A stretch of DNA of 63,653 nt, the filler included, from Octopus bimaculoides (Eukaryota): the NCBI RefSeq assembly GCF_001194135.2. It is 6 parts of 6 records of this genome, joined end to end, with 100 filler letters (N's around TTAATTAATTAA, not from the genome) between each part and the next. Parts side by side here need not be neighbours in the genome. Positions count along the whole stretch, not along the records: positions 1 to 26,718 come from NC_069004.1; 5 more parts are not named here. One strand, written 5' to 3'. A program made the translations under genes and the position numbers. Below, piece by piece: positions 11,110 through 23,616 of the stretch. Numbering within the stretch: the first letter of the stretch is position 1; each line of letters opens with the position of its first letter. The notes beneath the pieces are model-generated. The model saw nothing but the letters and a program-made list of their open reading frames with translations. It was not told where the DNA came from and searched no databases.

Positions 11110-12605
11110 TCTATATATATATAAAAATGAGAATGTGTGTCTGTCTGCCTGTCTGTCTGTCTGTCTGAATCCCTAAAACTCGAGAACTACGCAACCAATT
11201 TCATTCAAATTTTACACATGCCTTACTTAGGATTCCAGTTGTGTTTTAGTCAAAAAAAAATTATTAACTTCTTGCAGAGTTCGAGCACACGGCAACATAA
11301 TATCTCCTCCACTATTTAAGTATTACGTGTCAAAAGTGAAACAAAAACACTCATGTCAAATACTTTCACTTTAAAAATGAAACTATTCCACTAACTGAAA
11401 CAATCACATTTCGATACTGTAGTGACAGATACTTTCACAGAGAGAGAAAGAGAGAAAGAGAGAGACANNNNNNNNNNNNNNNNNNNNNNNNNNNNNNNNN
11501 NNNNNNNNNNNNNNNNNNNNNNNNNNNNNNNNNNNNNNNNNNNNNNNNNNNNNNNNNNNNNNNNNNNNNNNNNNNNNNNNNNNNNNNNNNNNNNNNNNNN
11601 NNNNNNNNNNNNNNNNNNNNNNNNNNNNNNNNNNNNNNNNNNNNNNNNNNNNNNNNNNNNNNNNNNNNNNNNNNNNNNNNNNNNNNNNNNNNNNNNNNNN
11701 NNNNNNNNNNNNNNNNNNNNNNNNNNNNNNNNNNNNNNNNNNNNNNNNNNNNNNNNNNNNNNNNNNNNNNNNNNNNNNNNNNNNNNNNNNNNNNNNNNNN
11801 NNNNNNNNNNNNNNNNNNNNNNNNNNNNNNNNNNNNNNNNNNNNNNNNNNNNNNNNNNNNNNNNNNNNNNNNNNNNNNNNNNNNNNNNNNNNNNNNNNNN
11901 NNNNNNNNNNNNNNNNNNNNNNNNNNNNNNNNNNNNNNNNNNNNNNNNNNNNNNNNNNNNNNNNNNNNNNNNNNNNNNNNNNNNNNNNNNNNNNNNNNNN
12001 NNNNNNNNNNNNNNNNNNNNNNNNNNNNNNNNNNNNNNNNNNNNNNNNNNNNNNNNNNNNNNNNNNNNNNNNNNNNNNNNNNNNNNNNNNNNNNNNNNNN
12101 NNNNNNNNNNNNNNNNNNNNNNNNNNNNNNNNNNNNNNNNNNNNNNNNNNNNNNNNNNNNNNNNNNNNNNNNNNNNNNNNNNNNNNNNNNNNNNNNNNNN
12201 NNNNNNNNNNNNNNNNNNNNNNNNNNNNNNNNNNNNNNNNNNNNNNNNNNNNNNNNNNNNNNNNNNNNNNNNNNNNNNNNNNNNNNNNNNNNNNNNNNNN
12301 NNNNNNNNNNNNNNNNNNNNNNNNNNNNNAAAAACCTATTTGTATATGCTCCACAAGGGAAAACAAGGAACATAGTTTACAATGAGGTGTTATAATCACA
12401 ACAGCAAGAAAGTATGTACATGATCACCTTCTTTTACGAAACTTCATTGACTTTCATATATTTATATTGATATACATATATATATGTGTGTTTGGGTGCA
12501 TGTGTGTATATACATCTCTATATATAAAGATGATGCGTAGTCTAGACAGCGTTTTTAGATTTCATTATTCTCTTTAACCCGGGCAACGCCGGGTATTTCT
12601 GCTAG
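11110..12605 (+). mobile_element. Non-autonomous Helitron (interior mostly N)
   Basis: 5' A|TC(TATAT) start, (CTGT)n near the 5' end, 3' hairpin cccgggcaacgccggg at 12578-12593, terminal CTAG|T. Confidence 0.8.
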
Positions 12606-13459
12606 TATATAATAAAGTAAGCCAAAACCAAAAAATGATTATGATAGAGAGCATTTTAGTAATTGTTTAACATGCAGGTCAGCACTTAAGATAAAACTCT
12701 GATAAGAAAAAAAACATTTCAGACATGCTCAGTTCATCATTTTCCATTAGACATTGTATATCTAGGACAACATTATCCATTTTTTCTTTTTAAGCTAAGA
12801 GGCTCTCATATTGGTTTCTAATGCCAACAATTTTGAGAGAAGGCATTAAATTGATACAATTAACTCCAGTACTTGATTCATACTTTATTTTATTAATCTT
12901 GAAAGGATGAAGGGCAAAGTTGACCTCTGTGAGATTTGAACCCAGAAAGGCAAATGCTGCAAGGCATTTTTTTTTTCAAGCATTCTAATGATTCCACCAT
13001 TTCACTGCCTTAAAAGTTAGTTTGCTGTTACTACTACAACTACTACTACTAATAATAATAATAAACAACACTTCTACTGGAAGCACAAGGCCTACAATTT
13101 TAGTGGATGGAGCTTACTCAGCCCTAGTACTAAATTTATTAACTCTGATGAAAAGATCAAAAGGCCAAGTTGACCTCAGCAGAATTTGAAATCAGGTTGT
13201 AAAGCAGGAAGAAATGCCAGCATGTTAATGATTCTGCCGGCTTATTGACTAAATAATAATATTAATGTTGTGAGTGATTGTCACACAAGACCAGCAATTT
13301 TGAGAAGAAGGATAAGTCAATTGCATTATCCCTCCCACTCCTCCAATACTTGACTAATACATATTTTATCAACCCCCAAAGGAATGAAAGGCAAAGTTAA
13401 CCTCAGCAGAATTTGAATGCCGAACTTATTTCTGACTTTTATTAGCATTTTTAAGAAAA

Positions 13460-13850
13460 AATTTATACTGGTATGGCTATGTGGTAAGAAATCTGCTTTC
13501 CAACCACATGGGTCTGGGTTCAGTCCCACTGTGTAGTACCTTGGGCAAGTGTCTTCTACTATAGCCTCAGGGTGACTACAGCATTGTGAGTGGATTTGGT
13601 AGATGGAAACTGAAAGAAGCCTGTCATGTGTGTGTGTGTCTTTGTGTCTGTTGGTGCCCTATCACTACTTGACAACAAGTGCTGGTGTGTTTATGTCCCT
13701 GTAACTTAGTGGTTTGACAAAAAGAGACTGATTGAATACATATCGGGTTTCAAAAGAAAATAGGTACTGGGATCAATTAGTTTAACTAAAACTCCTCGAG
13801 GCAGTGCCCCAGCATGGCTGCAGTCTTGTGACTGAAATATGTAAAAGATA
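13460..13850 (+). mobile_element. Near full-length SINE family A, CpG-decayed
   Basis: tRNA-like head tggctatgtggtaag...gggttcagtccc; body and tail as in 16725-17115. Confidence 0.85.
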
Positions 13851-14879
13851 AAAAGAAAAGAAGAGAATCAAAAACCAAACTTCTTTTTTTATTAGTCAAA
13901 CAACTGTAAATGAATTACAAGTCCTCTTGTCCTCTACTCGTGAGTTTAGTTTAGGTTAGACATTTGGTTGACACAGCTGAAGGTTAAATAGAAATTCATA
14001 TTATATTGCTTACATATTTAGAATTTCAGTTTGTTTTTCACATTTTTTAAAAGGTCATTTTTGCAGAGCACCTAGTAACATATTGCGGCATACTATCTCA
14101 CTTGAAATCCCTGTGGTTGGGAGTGGTTTGAGGGAGATTTGACTATTATTTCTAGCAGACTAAGTGACTACCGACAGGCTCCCCCATTGTCTTGTATACA
14201 GACATGTATTTGAAGCATAGCACTCCAACATTTCTCCAACCCACTGTTTTTCGATATTTCCCTCTATTCATTTCTAACATTAACATAAGACCACAACTGA
14301 CCTCAGTGCAAGACTGGTATATATTCCATTGATATCTATTAGCAACAGAGACAATATTAATAACGAGAAGTAATATTTATCCCTATTTAAACATGTATGT
14401 TTTGTTAGAACAAATTATACTGACTCCCAGAAGGACAAGAAGAAACAGACCAAATTGGAATTTAAACTTGGAAAATAAAAAGACACAACCAAATATCACA
14501 GTGCTCCAGTGATTCTGTCCCCCACAAGGTTGCTAGATTAGGCTACAAGTAAGATATTACGCAAGTTTTTAGGATTACATGCTGCTGCTTTCTGAAACTG
14601 AACAACCAGCTACTTTAAAAATTTGATTTTTAAAGAGTAAAAATCCTATTGAATATTTTATCAAATTATCAAGTAATTAAATTGGAACCAACCTATAGGA
14701 AAAAACCTTCATATATATATATATATATATATATAAAAGGGAGAATAAATGTTATCAATACCTGTAACTTCAGACATCATATATATATATCATCATCATC
14801 ATCATTTAACGTCCGCTTTCCATGCTAGCATGGGTTGGACGATTTTATTACATTTCCCTTAGATGTAAAAATTTGGTAA

Positions 14880-15140
14880 AACTCTAAACATAGGTCACAT
14901 TTTTTTAAATTCCAGGTCTGTATGGTTTTGCAGTACAAATTAATTCCCAATTGATAGTATAGTCTTTGTTTCTGTCTTTAATAGACCAGATTAATTTACT
15001 TAAACTTCTTTGGAATCTTTTACTTTTATCTCTAAATGAACTCAAATGATTTGCCAGTCTCCTCTTGAAAATTAATGATGTTGCATTGATGTAAAAGTAT
15101 TCTTTACCCTCAGATGTAACTTTACATCTGTATTTCATTT
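14880..15140 (-). mobile_element. Penelope-like element, GIY-YIG endonuclease fragment
   Basis: YRCKV...YFYINATSLIFKRRLANHLSSFRDKSK...SLSKLIWSIKD...YTINWE..AKPYRPG, then a frameshifted KCDLCLE. Confidence 0.8.
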
Positions 15141-15984
15141 TTAGTCTTACACTTATTTTTCACATATATGATGTTCATCCGTTGTTGTCAACTATGACCA
15201 AGGACATTACATGGAAGAGGATGAGTCATTCATTCTTTCCCATACTTATTCATTCACCCTCATTCATTCTTTTCCACACCTATCCCATTCCTTTCTTTTC
15301 TTTCTTCTCTCCTCTATTCACTCATTCAAACTCATATCTGTCTATCATGATGCCTGTCTTTCTCAATCTACCTAAGGGCTATACTTTCATGAAAGTATGG
15401 ATCAACCTCCATACCCTCTGGAAGAAGATGAACTGTGAACTTTATTCTCCTGTCGATATTCTCCTATCTACTGCTTTACTCTTTATTCTTTTATCTATTT
15501 CATTCATTATTTTATTCCTTATAGACTGAATTTTCCTGTCTAGAACTTTCATACATAGTTACTTTGTCTCTGAAGTCAGGATACCCAGTGTAAGGACATG
15601 CTAGCCTATCACTTGGGATATCCCAGAAACAGCTGTAATTCACCTTACCCTAATTAAATATTCTAAATGACTTGAAATACCTGTCCTGCCTTGGTTTTTG
15701 TTGTCCTTTTTCTTCTAATATAAAATATACCTGCTAATTCAGAACCCTAATACAGATCCCTAGCTCCAGCCTCAGCAGTGAACTTGGAACCTAACAGATG
15801 ACCAATTATAGCACTTACTCAGTGTATCTATTCCTTCAGATCACTAATGAACTAAAGACCTCGTGTCTTACACACACACACACACACACACAAACAATTT
15901 TTACTGTAAATAATGCATTTTTATAGAACTCACTGTCCAGGCAGCAAAAAGCAAATACTTCCTTACCTTTTATATATACCAGAT

Positions 15985-16500
15985 GTAGTGTTCAAGAGAG
16001 AAGACTATGTCGGTACGGTCAAGTAATGCATATGAATGAAAACAGTTGCATCAAGAGGTACCAATCTCTAATTGTGGAGAGAACATGTGGAAGGGGTAGA
16101 CATAGGAAGACAAGGGAGGGAGTGATGCGAAAAGATCTTCAGACATTGGGCTTCACAGAGGGGATGACAAGGGACCAAGGCTCCTAGTGGTTCACTGTGC
16201 TTGAGAAGACATGTCAAGCTAAGTAAAATTGTGGTTGTCCTTGCATAACAGGTATGTCCCCAGCATCCCTCTTCAGCTGTGCGTTCCTAACCTTGCAGGC
16301 TTGTGGGTGCTGGTGCCATGTAAAAAGCACCCATATTGATGCCACTTGAAAGTATCCAGTACATTCTGTAAAGTGGTTGGCATTAGGAAGGGCAAGCAGC
16401 TGTAGAAACAATGCCAAAACAGACATAGAGCCCAGACAGCTCCTGTCAAACTATCCAATCCACGCCAGCATGGAAAACGGACATATGATGATGATGATAT
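15985..16500 (+). mobile_element. Decayed RTE LINE 3' end with UTR and (GAT)n
   Basis: Homologous to 2873-3754 (acatgtggaaggggtagac..aggaagac; ttgagaagac). Confidence 0.75.
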
Positions 16501-16724
16501 GTACACATTAAAGGGATTTGCAGTGTAAGACCAGAACAGAGCAAGAAGGTACAAAATAAACTATCTTCTCACATTATTGCAGCCTTATACAATAAATCTC
16601 TTTAATATCACACAATGCTTCACTAAATTTTACACAGTATTCTAATACAATGGTTCAAGGGAGATAACTTGTGTTCAAGTATATTACGCCATTCCTTTAG
16701 CTCTGGTTTTTGTATGGTACATAT

Positions 16725-17115
16725 ATTCTTTTACTTGTTTCAGTCATTTGACTGCGGCTATGCTGGAGCACCACCTTTAGTCGAGCAAATCGCCCCTAGG
16801 ACTTATTCTTTGTAAATCTAGTACTTATCCTATCGGTCTTTTTTGTCGAACCGCTAAGTCAAGGGGACGTAAACACACCAGCATCGGTTATCAAGCGATG
16901 TTGGGGGGACAAACACAGACATACAAACATATACACACATATACATATATATATACATATATATGACAGGCTTCTTTCAGTTTCTGTCTACCAAATCCAC
17001 TCACAAGGCTTTGGTCGGCCTAAGGCTATAGTAGAAGACACTTGCCCAACGTGTCACGCAGTGGGACTGAACCCATAACCATGTGGTTGGTAAGCAAGCT
17101 GCTTACCACACAGCC
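16725..17115 (-). mobile_element. Young full-length SINE family A
   Basis: Complete head-to-tail match with most CpGs intact. Confidence 0.9.
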
Positions 17116-17300
17116 ACTTCTAAGCAATATTTTTTTTTAGAATTTTGTTTTTTGCATCAAGAGCTGCTATATATATCGTAAGCAATTGAAAGATGAAATT
17201 ACATTTATTAAAGCTTGTGAATGAATTGATTCAAGTATAAAAACTACAAACCTTACAAAATACTGCATTTTAATGAGTAATGCATCGTTTTGTAATCCCT

Positions 17301-17523
17301 CGGTAATCCCTCACCATATTGTGGTTCACCTATCGCAGTTTATTATTTAAGCTTACATCAATTCCTCCATGGTGTTGTTTTGCATTTATAATTAAATGAA
17401 TATATACAAATTATAAAAATAATTTTAAAAATACATACAGTACGTACTATTTCAACTTTGTGGATTTTCACCTATTGTGGAGGGTTTTGGAAGGTCACAC
17501 CCATGATAGTTGAGGGATTACTG
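17301..17523. mobile_element. Tigger/pogo-like MITE
   Basis: TIRs c(g/a)gtaatccctc ... gagggattactg followed by TA. Confidence 0.6.
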
Positions 17524-18355
17524 TACTACATCCCTCTACACACACAAACACACACAATAAAACAAGACAATTCCAACCTAGATATGTGAAGAGAATAAAT
17601 CTCCAGGAATTTTCCCATTCAACTCCCTTATCCAAAACTTTTAAAGATCAAGTCAAACATATCATATTTTGTTGTATATGATGAAAGTCATTCTGTTTTA
17701 ATGCCTTATTAATTAACACACTCACCGGTTCGATTTCCACTCACTCACCTATTTATGTTTTTTCTAAAATTTTCATGGTATATGTTTTGTGGTATATGTA
17801 TAATTATTCTTTTAGTGTTGTTTATAACCGTATGGCTTTGTGCTGTTATATACGCATAATTCTTTGTCTGTTGTAGTTATATAAGATCTTGTTTGTTTCT
17901 GTCTTAGTATATATTCGCTAGCTTTTTCCCAGAAGCTGAATAAGAGCTCTGATATCTCCAAAATTGAGTGATCTTAATGGTAAGTGGTGTGAAACCACTA
18001 TGATATTTTGGGTCATTGACTGACGAGGAAAAATCAGTTGCAAATATTCTGTGTATTCTGTGTATTTTAGTGGCTCATCAATATCATGTACCTGAACTGA
18101 ATTGGAGGCAAGCTGACTAGCCTGTCCATGACTATTTGCAAAATAGTATAAAAACATAATGTTGATAAGCCATTAAAATGGTGAAACACTGATGTCCATT
18201 GCTCCTGAATGGGATTTATGGTGAGTTGTCTGGTCTGTCTTTGAGAGAGTCATTTCACGTCAAATCTCAGCCTACTGGCAAACAAGCAAAGCACATACAT
18301 TGAGTCTATGTGTTAAATAATGTTTACAATACTAGCACTGCTTCTAATTCATATT

Positions 18356-18399
<44 letters not shown>

Positions 18400-18570
18400 C
18401 ATATTTAAAAAAACAAGGCAACTTGTACTATAATTAAAATACTATATTCAAAATAATTAAATAAAGGGATGTTTAGAATAGGGCCCAAAGAATTTGATGC
18501 ATATTAACCTGAACATTAAATTCTTACTAAACTCATTGCCAGTCTTCTTTACATCCTTTGTGTACACGGT

Positions 18571-18629
18571 TTACATAACTCTCATGAATCTTTCCTGTAC
18601 TTTACTAGTTTTCTCAGCAGTCATCAGAC
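18571..18629 (-). CDS. Probable terminal coding exon of an unidentified gene ([G]LMTAEKTSKVQERFMRVM*)
   Basis: Acceptor ttttgttacttaag|; the phase-1 junction completes the Gly codon left by exon 20757-20838; ends in TAA. Confidence 0.6.
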
Positions 18630-19429
18630 CTTAAGTAACAAAACTCATCCAAAATAAACAAATACAAAGTATATTTTAAAAATAATAGTAAAATCATATG
18701 CAGAAATGCCATCTAAATGGGAAAAAATAGTAAAATTAGTATTGATATATTTGATGCAGTAGATGATTAAATCTTTAATTAGAGATAATTATTTGCCTAA
18801 TGCTATTTTAATCATTTTGACAAAAATGAGAGACAACTCCAGGCATGTTTCAATCTTATTAGACCTCTTCAGCAAAGCACAGATTTCATAATACTTATAA
18901 CAATAATAATGAGAGAATCACTAACAAGTTGTATAATACTGTACACAAAACTTACTTAGAATTAGGTCTGTCATGAGCATTAGGAATCATGAGGCTAGTG
19001 CTTAACCTGGTTTCTATACATAAAAGTGAATGAGATAACAACACTCCTTACTGAACTGGATGTCAGTCTATCATAGGGTTAACTTCCCAGCTATTGCTGG
19101 AACTTGTTTACATCTGGAGAGGGGGTTTTCCCTATTTAGTCATGTTAGGATCATTTCACTTTTTTCAGGGCATACTGAAGGATAAATTCCTCCAGTCTGT
19201 GCCAAATGCTTGCAAAAGAGGGAATTCTGCTAAAGGCACTCAAGAACCAGGTGGCAGTGCCAAACTGAGCAATGGACTACGTCTACCCTCCAAATTTGTT
19301 TTTAACCTAGAACTCCTTTAGAAATATGCTATCATAATTCTACATATTAAAACCCTAATTTTTATTTTTTATTTTTTATTTTTAGAAAGTCCCAAACAAG
19401 GTAAAAAGTCATGTAGTGTAAAGAAGGAG

Positions 19430-20200
19430 AAAATAAAACAAAAGGAATGAATTTACTTTAGAGTTGAAAGAGTTCAGGTCATAAGAAGGAAAACAATGAG
19501 ATGGAAGAGAATTCCAAAGTCTGGCAGTTTGAGGGAAAAGCTACGACCATAGAAAGCCTGCCTTGTTCATGGAGCACAACAGCATTTGGATGAAGATGCT
19601 GTGAGTTTTGAGTCAGGCGAGATGGCACAAAGTGATCTGGAGCTAAGAGAGGAAGTTCATCAGAGTACTTCCTGTGTGGTAGTAGCAATAGGAAAGACTA
19701 AGACTGGTGATGTCAGGTTGATGTGACAAGGGTTGCAGAGTTGAAGCAAGAGAGAAACCAATCAAATTAGAGACTCATTTCTGAACCTGATCAAGGAGAT
19801 CCAAGCGACAAGATGGTGCACCTGCCCAAATGTGACTACAGTTATTCAATACAAGAACAAATTATGGATTTGTAAAGAAACAAAATGGCCTTGGATGCGA
19901 GGTAGTCCCTTTTGACCTATACCAAGACCTAAACTTATGGGAAGCAGACTGTAATGTAAGAACTTCAAGAAGGATCAGGTGAGAAAGTAAGAAAAATTGA
20001 AGAATTTATAATATGGCAGCCTTTAGAGCCAACTGAAGTTCAGCATATCTAGGATTAATACCCAGCAGTTTGTCCCCTTATGTTCAAGTAGCTTTCCATA
20101 TACTTGTACCTGTTTAGGTGGTAGACTGCCACCTAGTTTAACACCATCATTTGGTACTTAGGTACCTTTGAAGGAGTCCACTCTGTTGCAAGGATTTGAG
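19430..20200 (-). mobile_element. Decayed CR1/Jockey-like LINE, RT 3' region
   Basis: Frameshifted remnants (KYSDEL, HPNAV, LWNSL-like tttggaattctcttcc) resembling the CR1/Jockey C-terminus. Confidence 0.55.
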
Positions 20201-20756
20201 CCAGGTTACTCCACCTTCCTTCAACGGGCCTCAGAGATCTTTAACAGGGTCATTAGTGCTGTTATGCTTTCACTGATTGTTTCTTTAAAGAAAAATAGCA
20301 TTGTCTTTTTTCTCTCCTTTCTCTTGGTTACTATAGTTACTTGGTTAATTAGTCATGTTGTACTTCCTACTGAGAGAATAACTTCCATCTTGCCTTTGAC
20401 AAGTCTAGGACAAGGCCCTGAAAACAGGTGTGGAGGCACGTGTGTGGGTGTACATCTATATTCATGAAGGTGGGTACAGAGGTCCATGCATGCACTTTAA
20501 CATGTGTATGTGTGTGTATATGTGTAATATAAATGTGTGTGTGTGTGTGTGTGTGTGTACAAGCATATGTGTATGAATCTGTATTTGTAGATGTATAAAT
20601 CAGTTGATGTATAATCATAAATCAACTAAGTGTAAGTATCTAGAGGATGAAATCAGATTGATGTTGACAGGGACTAAACCAAAGGAACTGATTAAAATAC
20701 TCCAAATGTCAGACAACATGAACAGTGACAACAACAATTACAGGACATTGTCTTAC

Positions 20757-20838
20757 CTGGTTTAGGTGGTTTCTTTGGTCGTTTCTTGAACTCTTTCTCA
20801 AATCTTTCTTCATTATATTTCCATCGACGTACTTGTTC
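20757..20838 (-). CDS. Internal coding exon of an unidentified gene (EQVRRWKYNEERFEKEFKKRPKKPPKP)
   Basis: Acceptor gctgttgtttgcag|, donor CAG|GTAAGA, 27 codons + 1 nt, purine-rich coding composition. Confidence 0.75.
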
Positions 20839-21064
20839 CTGCAAACAACAGCAAAAAAATTACATTTGTAACACTGCAGGGGAGGGGACGGAATTTTAGG
20901 GGTTTTTTTTTTAAATCCCTGCAAACACTGAGGTTTATTGATTATGAACATAATTACAGTGTGTATGTGTGTGTAGTGGGGTGATGGTTATGGTGGAGTT
21001 GGTGACAGCAGTAATGTTGACTGTGGCTGTGTTATTTATGAAGAAATCAGCCTTTGTCAAGTAG

Positions 21065-21540
21065 ACATTTTGAATTAATTGTGTATTATCTTGTAGCTTC
21101 AGGATTTCAAATCATGCGATTATTTACTTTTAGAATGACATTGTAAGATAATTGCGAGAGGTCAAGATCTGGCTGGTTTGAACTTAAAACAGGTAGAATA
21201 TTTGAGCCAGATGTGGTCAGTTTAAATGCTAAAGGGTTAAATCACATTTCACTGCCTTCAAAAAGGACATAGATAATATTAGAAAAAGGTAGGATGGGCA
21301 TGGATGGCCATCCTACCTTTTTCTAATATTATCTATGTCCTTTTTGAAGGCAGTGAAATGTGATTTAACCCTTTAGCATTTAAACTGGCCACATCTGGCT
21401 CAAATATTCTACCTGTTTTAAGTTCAAACCAGCCAGATCTTGACCTCTCGCAATTATCTTACAATGTCATTCTAAAAGTAAATAATCGCATGATTTGAAA
21501 TCGTGAAGCTACAAGATAATACACAATTAATTCAAAATGT
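21065..21540. repeat. Foldback palindrome: 233-bp arms, 10-nt loop
   Basis: 21065-21297 is the reverse complement of 21308-21540 with only a couple of mismatches seen by eye. Confidence 0.95.
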
Positions 21541-21756
21541 TGTGAATAAATAAGTATAATATCTGATATCTGGATCAAATATTTTGTTTTCCATTGAAAC
21601 TAAGCAGGTCCAGCCTTTCCCACATACCCTTCAATGTCATTGTAAAACTATACAATCACATCATTGGAATCTCAAAGCTACAAGACAATGCATGATTAAT
21701 TCAAAATAATGTGCATAAATAAGTATTAAATTTGACAGAGTAATCTGAATGTTAAA
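21363..21756 (+). mobile_element. piggyBac-like (TTAA) MITE, partly duplicated
   Basis: Starts near ttaaccctttagcatt; ends in a decayed ...gtaatctgaatgttaaa; second internal copy at 21560-21750. Confidence 0.5.
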
Positions 21757-21964
21757 CTGTTAAGAACGACTTGTCTGATATTTTTAGCAAGTCAAGGGGA
21801 CCATCTATAGACTCTTTTGCTAGTCTGGTGGTGGTGTGGTTGTATTCAGTAGTGATGGTTAAGGTTGTAGTTATAATGGTGATACTGATGATGGTTGTGG
21901 GAATAGCTATAGTTGTAGCTATGGCAGAAAACAATGATTGTGGTGGTGGTGGTAATAATTGTCA

Positions 21965-22333
21965 TTATTACCTCTGCCTTAGCAATGGTGGAGGTATTGT
22001 TTTCAGTCGTGTTTGTTTGTTTGTCCGTGGACAAGATATCTCAAGAACTACTGGATGGGTTCAGATGAAACTTTCAGGGATGTTTGGCTTTGTGACCTGC
22101 ACAAACTGATTAGATTTTGGGATCAATCCAGTACCAGACAAGGATTCTAGATTATTTTCCCTGTGTTTTTATTTAATTTTTGAGAATAGTCAGGTTCGTT
22201 TTTAGTATTCTTGTTTGTGAGAGCAGTCGAGTTTATTTCAGATATTCTCATTTAAAAAATCGTCTCTGGCTAATCGTTGAGAGGACATTGGTGCTGCCTT
22301 GGCAGAGGTGTGTGTTCTCTGAGTGTTCTTTTT
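21965..22333 (+). mobile_element. Helentron-associated non-autonomous element (HINE-like)
   Basis: ttattacctctgcc start with a hairpin (tggtggaggt), (GTTT)n, and a subterminal inverted copy ggcagaggt near the 3' end. Confidence 0.55.
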
Positions 22334-23055
22334 ATTGTTGTTGTTCTGGTGGCAGTACTGCTGGCAATTGTGATGTAGGTGTGCTACTGGTTGTAATGGT
22401 AGGTATAAAAGTGGTGAAGAGGACTGTGGTGGTGGTAGGGGAGATGATAATGATGATGGGAGTAATTTTTGTGGTAGATGTGATGATGATGATGTGGTGA
22501 TGATGATCGATGTCATAGTGATTGTAGAGGTGGTAGATCTTGATTTATACTGAAAACCAAGATGACAGGCTTGTGGCAGCCAAGCATGTGTAACATTGCT
22601 TTTTGAACCTTCGACTTCAGCTCTTCCTATCACTGCAAAGCAGAATTCACAAAGTATTGGAATACTCACTTCCTAATAGGGAACATTAGTTTTAGCTTAC
22701 TGGTGCACCATACGTATGCAGCACTTCAAGATTTCAGGGGCTCAGTCCACTTGCCTATCATCTGTAACCTCTGATTTAAGGTGGGTGCCAGTAACATCAA
22801 CTCAGCCATGGCTTTCTCATCTATGTATAGGCTCTCTTGCTATGTGGTGATGGTAACTTGTAATGGTTGAAGTAATAGTTGTGGTAGTGATATTGATGAT
22901 GGTGGGTGTGGTGGTTCTTGTGGATCACGTTTAAAAAAAAGGTATATTTATATATATATATATATATNNNNNNNNNNNNNNNNNNNNNNNNNNNNNNNNN
23001 NNNNNNNNNNNNNNNNNNNNNNNNNNNNNNNNNNNNNNNNNNNNNNNNNNNNNNG

Positions 23056-23410
23056 TTAGGGCTGCGGACTCGTGGTCATAGGATTGCGGTTTCGATTCCC
23101 ACACCGGGCGTTGTGTTTATTGAGCGAAAACACCTAAAGCTCCACGAAGCTCCACCAGGGAATGGTGGCAAACCCTGCTTTACTCTTTCACCACAACTTT
23201 CTCTCACTCTTACTTCCTGTTTCTGTTGTGCCTGTAATTCAAAGGGTCAGCCTTGTCACACTGTATCACGCTGAATATCCCTGAGAACTACGTTAAAGGT
23301 ACACGTGTCTGTGGAGTGCTCAGCCACTTGCACGTTAATTTCACGAGCAGGCTGTTCCATTGATTGGATCAACTGGAACCCTCGTCATCGTAAGCGACGG
23401 AGTGCCAACA
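23056..23410 (+). mobile_element. tRNA-headed SINE family C (young)
   Basis: gttagggctgcggactc...ggtttcgattccc head; same family at 45000-45131 (-), 50415-50701 (-) and 62530-62607 (-). Confidence 0.85.
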
Positions 23411-23616
23411 TTACTATGAAGCATTGCGTAGACTATATTGTATAAAGGATCAAGGGTAAGGCCAGAACAATGTGAAGTAAATGCAAGGCAAATCCCCAAA
23501 AAGCAAATATATGAATTAATGTAGACTTATCTTGCATTCAATATTTCGAGGTTTTGACCCCATTTACAAGAAACTGATGAATGTTGCCAATCTATATATA
23601 TATACATACACATATA

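Noticed and set aside
19094-19321. + strand ORF with a tttttcag acceptor
   Set aside because: Overlaps the end of a SINE-like repeat; no recognisable protein and no DDI1 similarity.
20757-20838. Assignment to MYO16/PPP1R16-type N-terminus (EQ..RW motif)
   Set aside because: The next phase-compatible exon ends in a stop and no ankyrin exons follow; the similarity is too short.
22701-22820. - strand exon candidate with a GTAAGC donor
   Set aside because: Stops in all three frames between the plausible acceptor and the donor.
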